The notes under the pieces are model-generated. The model was not told where the DNA came from. It saw only the letters and a program-made list of their open reading frames with translations, and searched no databases. 64,000 nucleotides of DNA from Candidatus Peregrinibacteria bacterium CG2_30_44_17. GTDB taxonomy: Bacteria > Patescibacteriota > Gracilibacteria > UBA1369 > UBA12470. Location of the stretch: contig MNZJ01000025.1 in NCBI GenBank assembly GCA_001873565.1, forward strand, positions 613-64,612. Direction: 5' to 3'. Each line of letters starts with the position of its first letter. Position 1 is the stretch's first letter. Position numbers and translations under genes: made by a program. Positions 1 to 9,868 of the stretch are shown piece by piece.

Positions 1-92
1 TTTTATACGACAGGACAGCGCGACCGCCGAACTTAAAATACTTAGCCAAATGAATCCTCTGTCAAAACCATATACATCCCCGTTTCGAGAAG

Positions 93-169
93 AGATTTTA
101 TTGTTAGCGAGAGAGCATCAGCAGGCTTCTTGTGAAGCCGATGCCGCGAACGAGCTAACAATAAAATCT
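93..169. other. Extended imperfect hairpin downstream of mfd, flanked by 10-nt direct repeats
   Basis: A perfect 15-bp outer stem pairs GATTTTATTGTTAGC (94-108) with GCTAACAATAAAATC (154-168). Inner stems are GCATC/GATGC and GGCTTC-TTGT-GAAGCC. ATACATCCCC occurs at 72-81 and 172-181. Confidence 0.6.
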
Positions 170-247
170 TCATACATCCCCAAGTTTTCAATGTGCAGTG
201 CAAAAAACATAGTACCATTTTCCAGCCAAGAGTCAACATGCCGCCTC

Positions 248-3200
248 CTACTCCTTAGTAAGATCAGTAAGTCCTGTTCTCTGAATCTTTCCGCCAACAC
301 GCTTTAGGCACTCGCCGAGCTCGTCAACCCAATGCACGCCGAGGTCGATAAATTTACATTTAAGCTTTGTTCCGGAGATAATCCATCTTGGATTGTACTC
401 AAGAAGATTCATGATGTTTTCAGGCTTAACTTTGTCAGACATCGTAAGAATAATTTGCCTGGCGTCGTCGCTATGAACATTCTCTGCTTTCACATTTGTA
501 AGATTAGCCTTTTTGGCAAGAAGCTTAAGCTCAAGAAGCCTAAACAGGTTGGAAACCTCTGTTGGCATCTTTCCGTAATCATCTACTATTTCAGACCGTA
601 GCTCCGACAAATACTTATAGCTGTCTGCACCGGCGAGCTTCTGATAGACATTGATTTTGTCCTTGAAATTAACAATGTAGTCGTCAGGGATAAGAGATGG
701 CAAAGGAAGTTCTATCGAAACATCTACAGGTTTCTCCTCTCCAACGACACTGACGCCATCCTTGAGCTCGGCAACAGCCTGATTAAGCATGCGAATAAAA
801 TGACTAACGCCAACAACGTTAATAGATCCATGCTGACTAGCGCCAAGGATATCGCCTGCCCCGCGAATCTCTAAATCTTTCATGGCTATCTGGAATCCGC
901 TACCAAGTTCTGACGCTTCTACGATTGCGCGCAGTCTTTTTTTCGCATCAAGTTTTAGCCTCTGCTGGCTATACAAAAAGAATGCATAGGCCTGCGTCTT
1001 GCTTCTGCCGACGCGACCACGAAGTTGATAAAGCTGAGCAAGTCCGAATTTTTCCGCATTGTTAACAATAAGCGTATTCGCATTAGAAAGATCTATCCCG
1101 TTTTCGATAATGGTAGAGCTGACAAGAACGTCGTATTCGCCATTTTTAAAAGCCATAATGCGCTCTTCGAGTTCGCTGCTTGAAAGCTTTCCATGCGTAA
1201 CAACAAACCTAGCCTCTGGGACAAGGGCTCTAAGCTTACTGGCCATATCCTCTATTGTTTGAACTCTATTGTGCAAAAAATATGCCTGACCACTTCTCTC
1301 GACTTCCTTCAAAATAGCCTCTCTTATAAGGTTGTAGCTAAACTTCCTAACCTCTGTGATTATAGGAAGACGACCAGGTGGAGGAGTAGTAATTGTAGTT
1401 ATATCTCTAAGTCCGTGAAGACTAATATTTAGCGTTCTTGGTATCGGTGTAGCAGTAAGAGTAAGAACATCTACTTCTGCACGGATATCTTTGAGTGCTT
1501 CTTTTTGCTTAACACCAAATCTCTGTTCTTCGTCTATCACAACAAGTCCGAGATTTTTGAACTCTACGTCGGGCTGCAAAAGACGGTGCGTACCAATGAC
1601 GACATCAACCTCGCCAGCTTTTAGTTGTTTCAAAATCTGTTTTTGTTCGGAAGTAGATTTGAATCGACTCATCATGGCGACGCGAACATGGAAGTCGTCC
1701 ATCCTTTTTTTGAAGCTCTTGTAATGCTGGTCTGCAAGAATAGTAATAGGAGAGACCAAGGCGACTTGCTTGCCGTTTTGAACAGCCTTAAAAGCAGCCC
1801 TCATCGCAACCTCGGTCTTGCCAAAGCCGACGTCTCCACATATAAGACGGTCCATTGGCTTTCCTCTCTCCATGTCGGATTTAACGTCTTTTATAGCTCT
1901 CATCTGTCCGGGAGTTTCTTCGTATTGAAAAGTTTTTTCAAAATCATTTTGAATATCGTTATCATCGGTATAAGAAAAGCCCTTAGCACTCTCTCTCCTA
2001 GCGTAAAGAGCTAGTAATTCTTGGGCGATTTTCTCGGTTTCTTTACGAACCTTGCTCGTAATAGTGGCCCATTCGGCGGATCCAAGACGCGTCAACCTTG
2101 GGGTTTGATCTCCGGCTCCGATAAACTTACTAACCTTGTCAGCTTGGTCGATAGGAACAAAAAGTTTGTCGTTCTCGGCATACCCAATTTTCAAATACTC
2201 ACGGGTAACGTCGTCGACAGTGCGTTTATCAAGACCCATAAAAACACCTATTCCGTGATCGGTGTGCACAACATAATCATTAACCTTGAGACCGGTAAGG
2301 AAATCGGAAAAAACTCTGTACTTGGCATCGTCAACCTTTTTCTTTTCGCGAATATCAATAACTTCTCGGTCGGTAACAACTATTAGTTTGAATTTGGGGT
2401 TTTGAAAAGCTAGTGGAAATTGATCATCTTTGTCTAAACAAACCAAGTTAACTCTAAAATCTTGAATACCGCCGTCTTTGACATCGTGATATTTAACATA
2501 GTTGTCGTCAAACGCTGTCTCGTATTCCGCCCTATGTTTGGTAAAAAGAATGACCTTCCATTCTGACGAGATCTTCTCTTTAACATCGGCTATAAAATCA
2601 AGGAGGTTTTGATACTTCAAAACAGACAAATAATGAAGATGGTGGTGGTACGGCGACTCCTCCATAAAAGAGGTAAAATTAACTCTTAGGGCTTGTGCGT
2701 CTATACACGATACTGAGGCATCATAAATTTCAAGATACTCGTCTAAGATCTCTAGTTCGTCCTCGATTATCAGGCTGTTTTTTCCGAAATAAGAAAAGAG
2801 AGAGGTGTCGTTTTCAACATCTCCAATTGGATAAATAGAAACTTTTTTAATATCTTTTGCGGCAGACCTACTATTTAAATCGTAACAAGAAATATTATCT
2901 ACTGAGTCAAAGCCTATATCTATTTTTATAGGCATTTCAAGATTAACTGGGTGTATGAGGAACACCTCCCCTTCTTTGTAATACTGTCCCTTGGATATTC
3001 TTTTGTCGTCGGAAGACTCGTATCCAACATCTATAAGGCTGTTAAAAAAAGAAACAGTATCTACGGCGTCGCCAACACCAAAACTAAGTATGTTTTTTGA
3101 AACATGATCTAGTGAAGGATACAGATTGGCTAGGTCGTGATAATCAACAATGAAAACGTGTTTTTTGTCAGAATTGATTTTGGCCAAAAAGCACATTGTT

Positions 3201-3505
3201 TTAATTTTGTTCATCCTGATTTTGTCCGCACTCATAAGGCCGCTTTGATCCAAATCCAAAACATGGACCTCTTGCTCGCCCCATATACTGAAAAATTTAG
3301 CCGCCTGCTCTTTTTCTTGATAATTAGAAACAACCCAAAGTGTGTTAACAATATTATCGTTGTCTAGAATTGTTTGAGCTACAAAATACGCCTTAGATGA
3401 AAAATTTCCACCACCTGATATAGTAGACTTTCCGTCGTGTTTAAACTGTTCACAAACATCCCGGTCACAAACACCGGGCAGTAATTTAACAAAATTACTA
3501 CTCAC
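248..3505 (-). CDS. mfd: Transcription-repair coupling factor Mfd
   Basis: 1085-aa ORF. SF2 helicase motifs GDVGFGKTEVA (Walker A) and DEEQRFG, CarD-like middle region, TRCF-length C-terminus. Apparent GTG start, TAG stop. Confidence 0.9.
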   Translation of the reverse strand: MSSNFVKLLPGVCDRDVCEQFKHDGKSTISGGGNFSSKAYFVAQTILDNDNIVNTLWVVSNYQEKEQAAKFFSIWGEQEVHVLDLDQSGLMSADKIRMNKIKTMCFLAKINSDKKHVFIVDYHDLANLYPSLDHVSKNILSFGVGDAVDTVSFFNSLIDVGYESSDDKRISKGQYYKEGEVFLIHPVNLEMPIKIDIGFDSVDNISCYDLNSRSAAKDIKKVSIYPIGDVENDTSLFSYFGKNSLIIEDELEILDEYLEIYDASVSCIDAQALRVNFTSFMEESPYHHHLHYLSVLKYQNLLDFIADVKEKISSEWKVILFTKHRAEYETAFDDNYVKYHDVKDGGIQDFRVNLVCLDKDDQFPLAFQNPKFKLIVVTDREVIDIREKKKVDDAKYRVFSDFLTGLKVNDYVVHTDHGIGVFMGLDKRTVDDVTREYLKIGYAENDKLFVPIDQADKVSKFIGAGDQTPRLTRLGSAEWATITSKVRKETEKIAQELLALYARRESAKGFSYTDDNDIQNDFEKTFQYEETPGQMRAIKDVKSDMERGKPMDRLICGDVGFGKTEVAMRAAFKAVQNGKQVALVSPITILADQHYKSFKKRMDDFHVRVAMMSRFKSTSEQKQILKQLKAGEVDVVIGTHRLLQPDVEFKNLGLVVIDEEQRFGVKQKEALKDIRAEVDVLTLTATPIPRTLNISLHGLRDITTITTPPPGRLPIITEVRKFSYNLIREAILKEVERSGQAYFLHNRVQTIEDMASKLRALVPEARFVVTHGKLSSSELEERIMAFKNGEYDVLVSSTIIENGIDLSNANTLIVNNAEKFGLAQLYQLRGRVGRSKTQAYAFFLYSQQRLKLDAKKRLRAIVEASELGSGFQIAMKDLEIRGAGDILGASQHGSINVVGVSHFIRMLNQAVAELKDGVSVVGEEKPVDVSIELPLPSLIPDDYIVNFKDKINVYQKLAGADSYKYLSELRSEIVDDYGKMPTEVSNLFRLLELKLLAKKANLTNVKAENVHSDDARQIILTMSDKVKPENIMNLLEYNPRWIISGTKLKCKFIDLGVHWVDELGECLKRVGGKIQRTGLTDLTKE

Positions 3506-3562
3506 GTTTCAATCTTATAGGAATAAAAGAAATTAATGTGCAAATACAAAAGCCCTGATCGA

Positions 3563-4666
3563 CTAGAGTTTAAGCGGCATAATTATATGCACATATTCTG
3601 TTTTCTTCAAGGGTTTTATCGTGACGGGGCTTACTTTGTCGACCATTTCAACAAAAACCTTGTCGTCATGGATACTAGCCAAGACATCGAGAATATACTG
3701 TGCATTCAGGGCGACTTTGTTGTTTTCTCCTTTTATGACAACGTCGACATCGGCACGACCCTCTCCAACTTGTGTTTCATCGGTAGAGACAACAAGAGTA
3801 CCGTCATTTGTAACGGATATCTTAACGTTGTTATTTGTCTCCATAACAAATAGGCTGACTTTTTTAACAGCAAGAACGAGGTCGTCAACGACGACCTCGC
3901 ACTGTGTTTTAGACTCTTTTGGAAGTATTTTTTCGTAATCAGGGAAGTGGCCCTCGATAAGTCTTGATATAAGAACAGTATCTCCGGATTTAAACATTAC
4001 CTGGTTGTTAGCAACGCGAACCTCTATAGAGCCTTTTTGAGAAGATATTATCTTACCAAGCTCGATAACCGTCCTGGCTGGAACAATACAGTCCTTGTCC
4101 TCTCCAGATCCGGTGTTCAACTTAAGAACTTTCTCAGATAGCCTATAACTGTCGGTTGCGACCATGCGAAGCTCGTTCTTTTTAAACCTAAACAAAACTC
4201 CTGTAAGAACAGGCCTGACTGCGTTAGTAGATGCTGCAAAAGCAACCTGATCAATTGCGTCTTTAAAGCTATCAACTGGAATTTCATAAGTAACGGCGTC
4301 CTCGATTTTAGGTATCAAAGGGAACTCTTCTGCGGAAATACCTTTTATTTTCGTTTCCGAATGACTTGCTTTTACAGACAAACTCATCCCATCCTCAAGT
4401 TTTAATTCAACATCGCCATCTTTCAAAAGCCCAACATAGCTGGAAAATATCTTGGCGGGTATAGTTACACTTCCTTCGTTAACGACATCGGCATCAATAA
4501 TTGTCTTTATTGCAATCTCAAGATTTGTTGCAGAAAAAACAACCTTCTTGCCCTCAACACTAATAAGTATGTTGTTTAAAACGGGTAAGGTGTTGTTAGG
4601 ACTAACAGCCTTGTTTACAATATTAAGAGCGCTTGCCAAAGCTTTTTGTGAACATTTTACTTTCAT
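3563..4666 (-). CDS. dnaN: DNA polymerase III beta sliding clamp
   Basis: 367-aa ORF of three-domain clamp length. Sequence pattern from N-terminus MKVKCSQKALASALNIV through C-terminal IIMPLKL is typical of DnaN. Confidence 0.9.
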   Translation of the reverse strand: MKVKCSQKALASALNIVNKAVSPNNTLPVLNNILISVEGKKVVFSATNLEIAIKTIIDADVVNEGSVTIPAKIFSSYVGLLKDGDVELKLEDGMSLSVKASHSETKIKGISAEEFPLIPKIEDAVTYEIPVDSFKDAIDQVAFAASTNAVRPVLTGVLFRFKKNELRMVATDSYRLSEKVLKLNTGSGEDKDCIVPARTVIELGKIISSQKGSIEVRVANNQVMFKSGDTVLISRLIEGHFPDYEKILPKESKTQCEVVVDDLVLAVKKVSLFVMETNNNVKISVTNDGTLVVSTDETQVGEGRADVDVVIKGENNKVALNAQYILDVLASIHDDKVFVEMVDKVSPVTIKPLKKTEYVHIIMPLKL

Positions 4667-5056
4667 AATTTTTGTTTATTAAATTCTTTTGAATTATACG
4701 TTCTTACTCAATTATTCTCAAAATCTTTTACAAAATACAAGTTGCCAACTTATTAAAAGAATTTTGCACAAACACACAAACACAAACAATCTCTATTTTT
4801 TTATTATATATAAATATATAAACAGTTGTAATAGAGAGGTATTAACAAAAACAAAAAAAGATTGTGATATATATATAAACAAACACTTATGACAATAAAA
4901 AACACCACTGGAAGCAAACAAAAACACAGCTCTTTTGTACAAATTGTGCAAAACTAAACAAAGAGAATCGCGGCTCCCAGACCTAGAAGTAGCGGTGAAC
5001 AAAAATATAAACCTTTAAAACCCTAATAGGATTGTGCAAAACAGGTGCACGAAATG
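4667..5056. promoter_or_regulatory. Candidate replication-origin-like region upstream of dnaN
   Basis: 390-nt non-coding gap. DnaA-box-like 9-mers fit TTWTNCACA: TTTTGCACA (4762-4770) and its inverse TGTGCAAAA (4945-4953 and 5033-5041). The exact 12-mer ATTGTGCAAAAC occurs at 4943-4954 and 5031-5042. An AT-rich tract at about 4795-4885 contains repeated ATATATAAAC. Confidence 0.4.
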
Positions 5057-6937
5057 TTAAACATTCATGATCCAAGGGACCACAAGTGGACTGCGAGCAA
5101 GGCTGCGGTGAGAAACACCGTCCAAAACCCTCTTAACATAATTGCACACATGAAACGAGTTTGCCTTAGGATCTTTTGCCAAAAGGGAGTTGTAAGCTTT
5201 TTCTGCTTCATCTTTCATTTTGGCGACTACTTCATCAGCCTCCTTTACATACAGAAATCCACGGGTCAAAACCAAAGGCTTGTCTTTGAGCTTCTTGGTC
5301 TTTTTGTCGGCACGGAATAAGACAACAAGAACGCCGTTGTGAGCCATAACCTCTCTGTCAACCAAGACCTGCGAGCCAGCATCTCCCATGCCTAGCCCGT
5401 CAACAACGATATAATTAGAAGGGACCTCTTCTTTAGTCATTCTGACGCCAGAACGGTCTATCTCCATGACATTACCATTACCTTCAAACAGGAATAAGTT
5501 TTGGTCACCCAGACCAACCTTCTTGCCCAGCTTGCTATGAGCGGTGCGCATATACAAATTACCATGAATTGGGGCAAGATTTTTAGGCCTGATAAGGCGC
5601 AGCATCTGTTCTAAGTCATCTTGTTTACCGTGACCAGAAGTATGAATATCCATAATATCGTTATTGACGATATTGGCGCCGAGCTTGCAAAGATTATTTA
5701 TAACAGCGGCAACAGCACGCTCGTTACCTATGATAGGATGGGCGGAAAGAACAACGGTATCGCCCTTTTGTATTTTTACATTCTTATGGTCTCCGATAGA
5801 CATTCTTGTCAAAGCGGACATGGCTTCTCCCTGAGAACCGGTTGTTATTATAAGGACTTTGTTCGGTGCAAGCTTAGAAACCTCCTTGATAGGCCTGATC
5901 AGTCCTCGAGGAACTTTTAAATAGCCAAGGTCTCTGGCTATATCGACATTGTTTTCCATGCTGCGACCACTCAGGGCAACAACACGATCATGCTTTTGAG
6001 CAGAGTTAAGTATTTGCTGAATACGACCAATAAGAGACGAAAAAGAGGCGATAATAATACGACCCTCTGTCTCAGATATTACCTTGTCTAATGATTCTCC
6101 AATAATTTTTTCAGATACAGTGCGTCCAGGCTTCAGAGCATTGGTGCTATCAGAAAAAAGCACATCAACGCGATCAAACCCTGTTTTGTTACCTATGGCG
6201 CGCATCTTGTCTGTCTCAGCTGGCACGTCGTCCGCAGGGGTCTCGTCAAATTTGAAATCTCCTGTGTGCACAATAGATCCTACGGGAGAGGTTAAATGCA
6301 CTCCTACGCAATCAGGGATACTGTGATTAACACGGAAAAATTTAGCCTGGAAATGCCCGAGCTTAAGACAGTCGGAGCTCTTGATCTCACGCAAATCGGA
6401 CTGCTTGAGGATTCCATGTTCAGAAAGCTGTTTTTTTATAAGTCCAAGAGTAAGCTTTGTTCCATATACGGGCGGAAATCCAAGTCTGGGTAGTACGTAA
6501 GCTAGCCCACCAATGTGGTCTAGGTGGCCATGAGTAATGATAATACCTCGTATGCGACGTTGCCGCTCTTCGAGATACGTAATATCAGGGATAATATAGT
6601 CTATCCCAAACATATCTTCCTCCGGGAATTGGAATCCCATATCAATGGCGATAATATCGTCGCCATACTCAAATACCATAGAGTTTTTGCCGACTTCTTC
6701 AAGACCGCCAAGCGGAATTACCCGAAGACGAGGGGATTTGTTTTTAGGTTTGCGAGAATGGTTTTGTTTTTTTGGGGGTTGCTTGGATGCCAAAACAAGC
6801 TCTTTGTCTGAGCCATCTTGCATGATTTGCGTTATAAATCGGTCCAGTGCACTACTCTCTTTCTCTTGAGACTGTCTACTTCCCCGGATTTTGTCATTTT
6901 CCATAAATTGAATTATAATATTTTCTAATGGACGCAT
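5057..6937 (-). CDS. rnj: Ribonuclease J (metallo-beta-lactamase/beta-CASP)
   Basis: HGHLDHIGG zinc motif, beta-CASP region and C-terminal domain. The start may instead be the ATG at 6904 (MENDKIRG), because TATAAT hexamers lie at 6940-6945 and 6912-6917 on the minus strand. Confidence 0.85.
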   Translation of the reverse strand: MRPLENIIIQFMENDKIRGSRQSQEKESSALDRFITQIMQDGSDKELVLASKQPPKKQNHSRKPKNKSPRLRVIPLGGLEEVGKNSMVFEYGDDIIAIDMGFQFPEEDMFGIDYIIPDITYLEERQRRIRGIIITHGHLDHIGGLAYVLPRLGFPPVYGTKLTLGLIKKQLSEHGILKQSDLREIKSSDCLKLGHFQAKFFRVNHSIPDCVGVHLTSPVGSIVHTGDFKFDETPADDVPAETDKMRAIGNKTGFDRVDVLFSDSTNALKPGRTVSEKIIGESLDKVISETEGRIIIASFSSLIGRIQQILNSAQKHDRVVALSGRSMENNVDIARDLGYLKVPRGLIRPIKEVSKLAPNKVLIITTGSQGEAMSALTRMSIGDHKNVKIQKGDTVVLSAHPIIGNERAVAAVINNLCKLGANIVNNDIMDIHTSGHGKQDDLEQMLRLIRPKNLAPIHGNLYMRTAHSKLGKKVGLGDQNLFLFEGNGNVMEIDRSGVRMTKEEVPSNYIVVDGLGMGDAGSQVLVDREVMAHNGVLVVLFRADKKTKKLKDKPLVLTRGFLYVKEADEVVAKMKDEAEKAYNSLLAKDPKANSFHVCNYVKRVLDGVSHRSLARSPLVVPWIMNV

Positions 6938-6973
6938 ATATTATACCATGTATGCCTGATTTAGAAAACCACT

Positions 6974-8326
6974 ATGATGTCAAAGCTGTCATCAAAAATA
7001 GCGATCCTTGGGTTTGGAGTAGAGGGAAGGTCTGCCGCAAAACACCTTCGAGCAGCAGGGTATACGGATATAACCATATGCGACAAAGGGGTCGACATAG
7101 AACATGGCGAGCAAGATTTAAAATACATACTAGGAGAGAAGTACATGGACAATCTCGCAGAGTTTGACGCAATCTTCAGGTCGCCGGGCATACCGATAAG
7201 CAGAGCGGAAATCCAGAACGCAGCAAAAAACCACGTCGAGATAACAAGCGTCACAAAGTATTTCTTCGACAAATGCCCCTGCAAAATAGTTGGCGTAACG
7301 GGAACAAAAGGAAAAGGGACCACATCGACGCTACTATACGAAATGCTAAAAGCGGGAGGGGTTGATGCGTATCTTGGCGGAAACATAGGCAATTCGCCGC
7401 TAGATTTTTTGCCAAAACTAGGAAAAGAATCGATAGTTGTTCTGGAGCTGGGACATGGACAAATAGAAGATCTGCACAAAGGGCCGGAAATCGGAATAAT
7501 TATAGGGGTCACAGAAGATCACTTGGATTATCACCCAAGCACCGACAAATATAGGGCCGCCAAGTATCCATTAATAGCAAACCAGACATCTAGGCAGAAA
7601 GCCATAATAAACGTCGACTACGAAGGAAATCAGCCGTTCCTTAAGCTTGGATGCAGCAAGAAGTATGGCGTATCTACGAAGCGGTCTGTTAGGCGAGGGG
7701 CATACATGTCGAAAGACAGTATAATGCTCAAAAAAGGGCTATTCGCCGAGACGCTAATGCATGCGTCGGAAGTCGGACTTCTGGGGAAGCACAATCTCGA
7801 GAATGTACTTCCGGCATCTCTGGCAGCATCAATCCTTGGCATGCCAAGCGTCAAAATTGCAGAAACGGCAAGAAAATTCGAAGGGCTTCCTCATAGGCTA
7901 GAGGTCGTAGCAAGTAACGACGGGATAAGCTTTGTAAATGACTCGTTCTCAACTACTCCACTTACATCAATCGCTGCAATGCGCGCATTTGAGACGCCGC
8001 TCATATTTATAGCCGGTGGATCGGAGAAACACGCAGACTTTACACAGTGGGCGGAGACAGCGGCCGAAACCACAAATCTCAAGGATATACTAGTAATAGG
8101 AGAGACAGCAGGTCGGCTTACGGAAGCGCTGCAAAAAGCTGGATACCAAAACACAAGAATGGTAAAAACGCTTGAGGGTGCGTTTCAGTATGTCAAAGAT
8201 AATGGAAAAAGAGGAGATACGGTTGTGCTTTCTCCTGCATGCGCAAGTTTTGACCAGTTTAAAGACTACAAGCAGCGCGGCGAAATATTCAGCAAGATGG
8301 CCAAGGAGTTCACGACGACTTCCTAA
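6974..8326 (+). CDS. murD: UDP-N-acetylmuramoylalanine--D-glutamate ligase
   Basis: 450 aa. Rossmann-like N-terminus ILGFGVEGRS and Mur ligase P-loop GVTGTKGKGTT. Confidence 0.9.
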   Translation: MMSKLSSKIAILGFGVEGRSAAKHLRAAGYTDITICDKGVDIEHGEQDLKYILGEKYMDNLAEFDAIFRSPGIPISRAEIQNAAKNHVEITSVTKYFFDKCPCKIVGVTGTKGKGTTSTLLYEMLKAGGVDAYLGGNIGNSPLDFLPKLGKESIVVLELGHGQIEDLHKGPEIGIIIGVTEDHLDYHPSTDKYRAAKYPLIANQTSRQKAIINVDYEGNQPFLKLGCSKKYGVSTKRSVRRGAYMSKDSIMLKKGLFAETLMHASEVGLLGKHNLENVLPASLAASILGMPSVKIAETARKFEGLPHRLEVVASNDGISFVNDSFSTTPLTSIAAMRAFETPLIFIAGGSEKHADFTQWAETAAETTNLKDILVIGETAGRLTEALQKAGYQNTRMVKTLEGAFQYVKDNGKRGDTVVLSPACASFDQFKDYKQRGEIFSKMAKEFTTTS

Positions 8327-9797
8327 TAAGAGCAAGCAGTTCTTTTGGGATCCCCTTTGTCAGAAGCAGCATCCCGCTATAAACAACACCACCAAGAGGT
8401 ATTAGTAGAAGGACATTCATATTTTGAATATACGAATAGCTGATGTCCCTAAGCGCCCAAACAGAAAGACCCATAAGGGTGCCGGCAAGCGAAACCTTCC
8501 AAACAGTACCGAAGCTAAATGTAAACTTAAGATATCGTCTAGCTACGCTAAACGCCAATACAAACAATAGCATCTCGGTAAGAACTGCCGTTATGGCGGC
8601 CCCTCTGGCTCCGAACTGAGGGATTAAGAAGAGATTGAGACAGACGTTCAAGATGGCGCAGCTGCCATTGATCCATAGCAGCTTGTTTTGATGGTTGGTA
8701 GCAATGATTGAGTAGATAAACAAGTTGTTTATGAACGAGATCATCATGGCGATCATGAGGATTTTCATCACAATATCAGAGCCATAAAACCCTTCGTCGA
8801 TACGACTTAAGAACTCCTCGGACGAGATAACGAATATAAGGGAGTAAGCCAAAACAAACGTGCCAACAACCATCGGAACCGCCGCCATAAAAAGAAAATC
8901 AAAGCTGTATTTAAGAATGTCTTTGACTCGGCTGCTTGCTTCCTTGATATGCCTAGTCAAAACAGGCAGAACGCTATTCATGAAGAAGACCGGGACCAGA
9001 GAAAGAATCTCTAAAATCCTCATAGGAACGCTGTAAAGACCGACTTCTGTAGGCCCCTGCATCAAGAGGAGCATGATAGAGCCGATGCGGAAATAAATCA
9101 TATTAAGCACAAGCGCGAGTCCGTAAGGGAGGCAGCGTACAAAAACACTACGGATATATTTAAAATCGGTGCCGAACCGTATACGACCATATTTTCTGGC
9201 GGCCAAATACGTAACGAAGACCAAAACAACATTGCCGACAACACCTGCGAATATCAGGTGATAGAATCCGTCTCCGACATTATTCGCAAACCCGTAAAAC
9301 GCAACATAAATCATGTACGACAGAGCGACCACCTTCCCCGCGACTTGCGCAAGAGCGGCGTATTGCATTTTAAGATTTAGTTGAAGAAGACTGGCCAGAG
9401 CGCTCTGAATAATAGATAAGAAAACGGCAATAGACGCTATCGCGATGCCCAGGTGCAAATCGTTATATTGCGGTATGAAATAAGCAGATACAATCGCAAT
9501 TGCCATAACTACGGTGCACAGAATCATTCGCAAAGTAATTATATTGGCGAGAACGTATTCTCTCTTTTCTTGAGAATCTTCTTTGGCCATTTCTCTTACG
9601 CCAATGGTGAAGAGTCCCAGATCGGCCGCTATCCCGAAAAAAGCCAAAAACTCGTAAATAGCGGCATACCGACCATATCCTTCGACGCCAAGATAGTTTG
9701 TAATGAGTTTTACGATAAATATGCTCAAAAAAGCCATAAACAAGCGGCCAGCGATTTGAACAACAGTATTTCCTAAGACTTTTCGGGCTATAGACAT
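8310..9797 (-). CDS. MOP-superfamily flippase (polysaccharide biosynthesis / MurJ-Wzx-like)
   Basis: 495-aa polytopic membrane protein with about 14 hydrophobic segments. N-terminal pattern is typical of oligosaccharide flippases. The 3' end overlaps the convergent murD by 17 nt. Confidence 0.7.
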   Translation of the reverse strand: MSIARKVLGNTVVQIAGRLFMAFLSIFIVKLITNYLGVEGYGRYAAIYEFLAFFGIAADLGLFTIGVREMAKEDSQEKREYVLANIITLRMILCTVVMAIAIVSAYFIPQYNDLHLGIAIASIAVFLSIIQSALASLLQLNLKMQYAALAQVAGKVVALSYMIYVAFYGFANNVGDGFYHLIFAGVVGNVVLVFVTYLAARKYGRIRFGTDFKYIRSVFVRCLPYGLALVLNMIYFRIGSIMLLLMQGPTEVGLYSVPMRILEILSLVPVFFMNSVLPVLTRHIKEASSRVKDILKYSFDFLFMAAVPMVVGTFVLAYSLIFVISSEEFLSRIDEGFYGSDIVMKILMIAMMISFINNLFIYSIIATNHQNKLLWINGSCAILNVCLNLFLIPQFGARGAAITAVLTEMLLFVLAFSVARRYLKFTFSFGTVWKVSLAGTLMGLSVWALRDISYSYIQNMNVLLLIPLGGVVYSGMLLLTKGIPKELLALIRKSS

Positions 9798-9868
9798 GCT
9801 GAGTGATATATAAGGAACTTCTGAGCGGCAAAACTATAGCGTAAAAGAACTTGCCAACAAAGGCGATC

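Noticed and set aside
42-307. Short ORFs at the left edge (42-239, 50-307, 118-300)
   Set aside because: They are mutually overlapping, unconserved-looking, and coincide with the long hairpin at 93-169. They are probably non-coding 3' flank of mfd.
6961-7512. 183-aa minus-strand ORF
   Set aside because: It is antisense to murD, whose identity is unambiguous, and it has no recognisable features.
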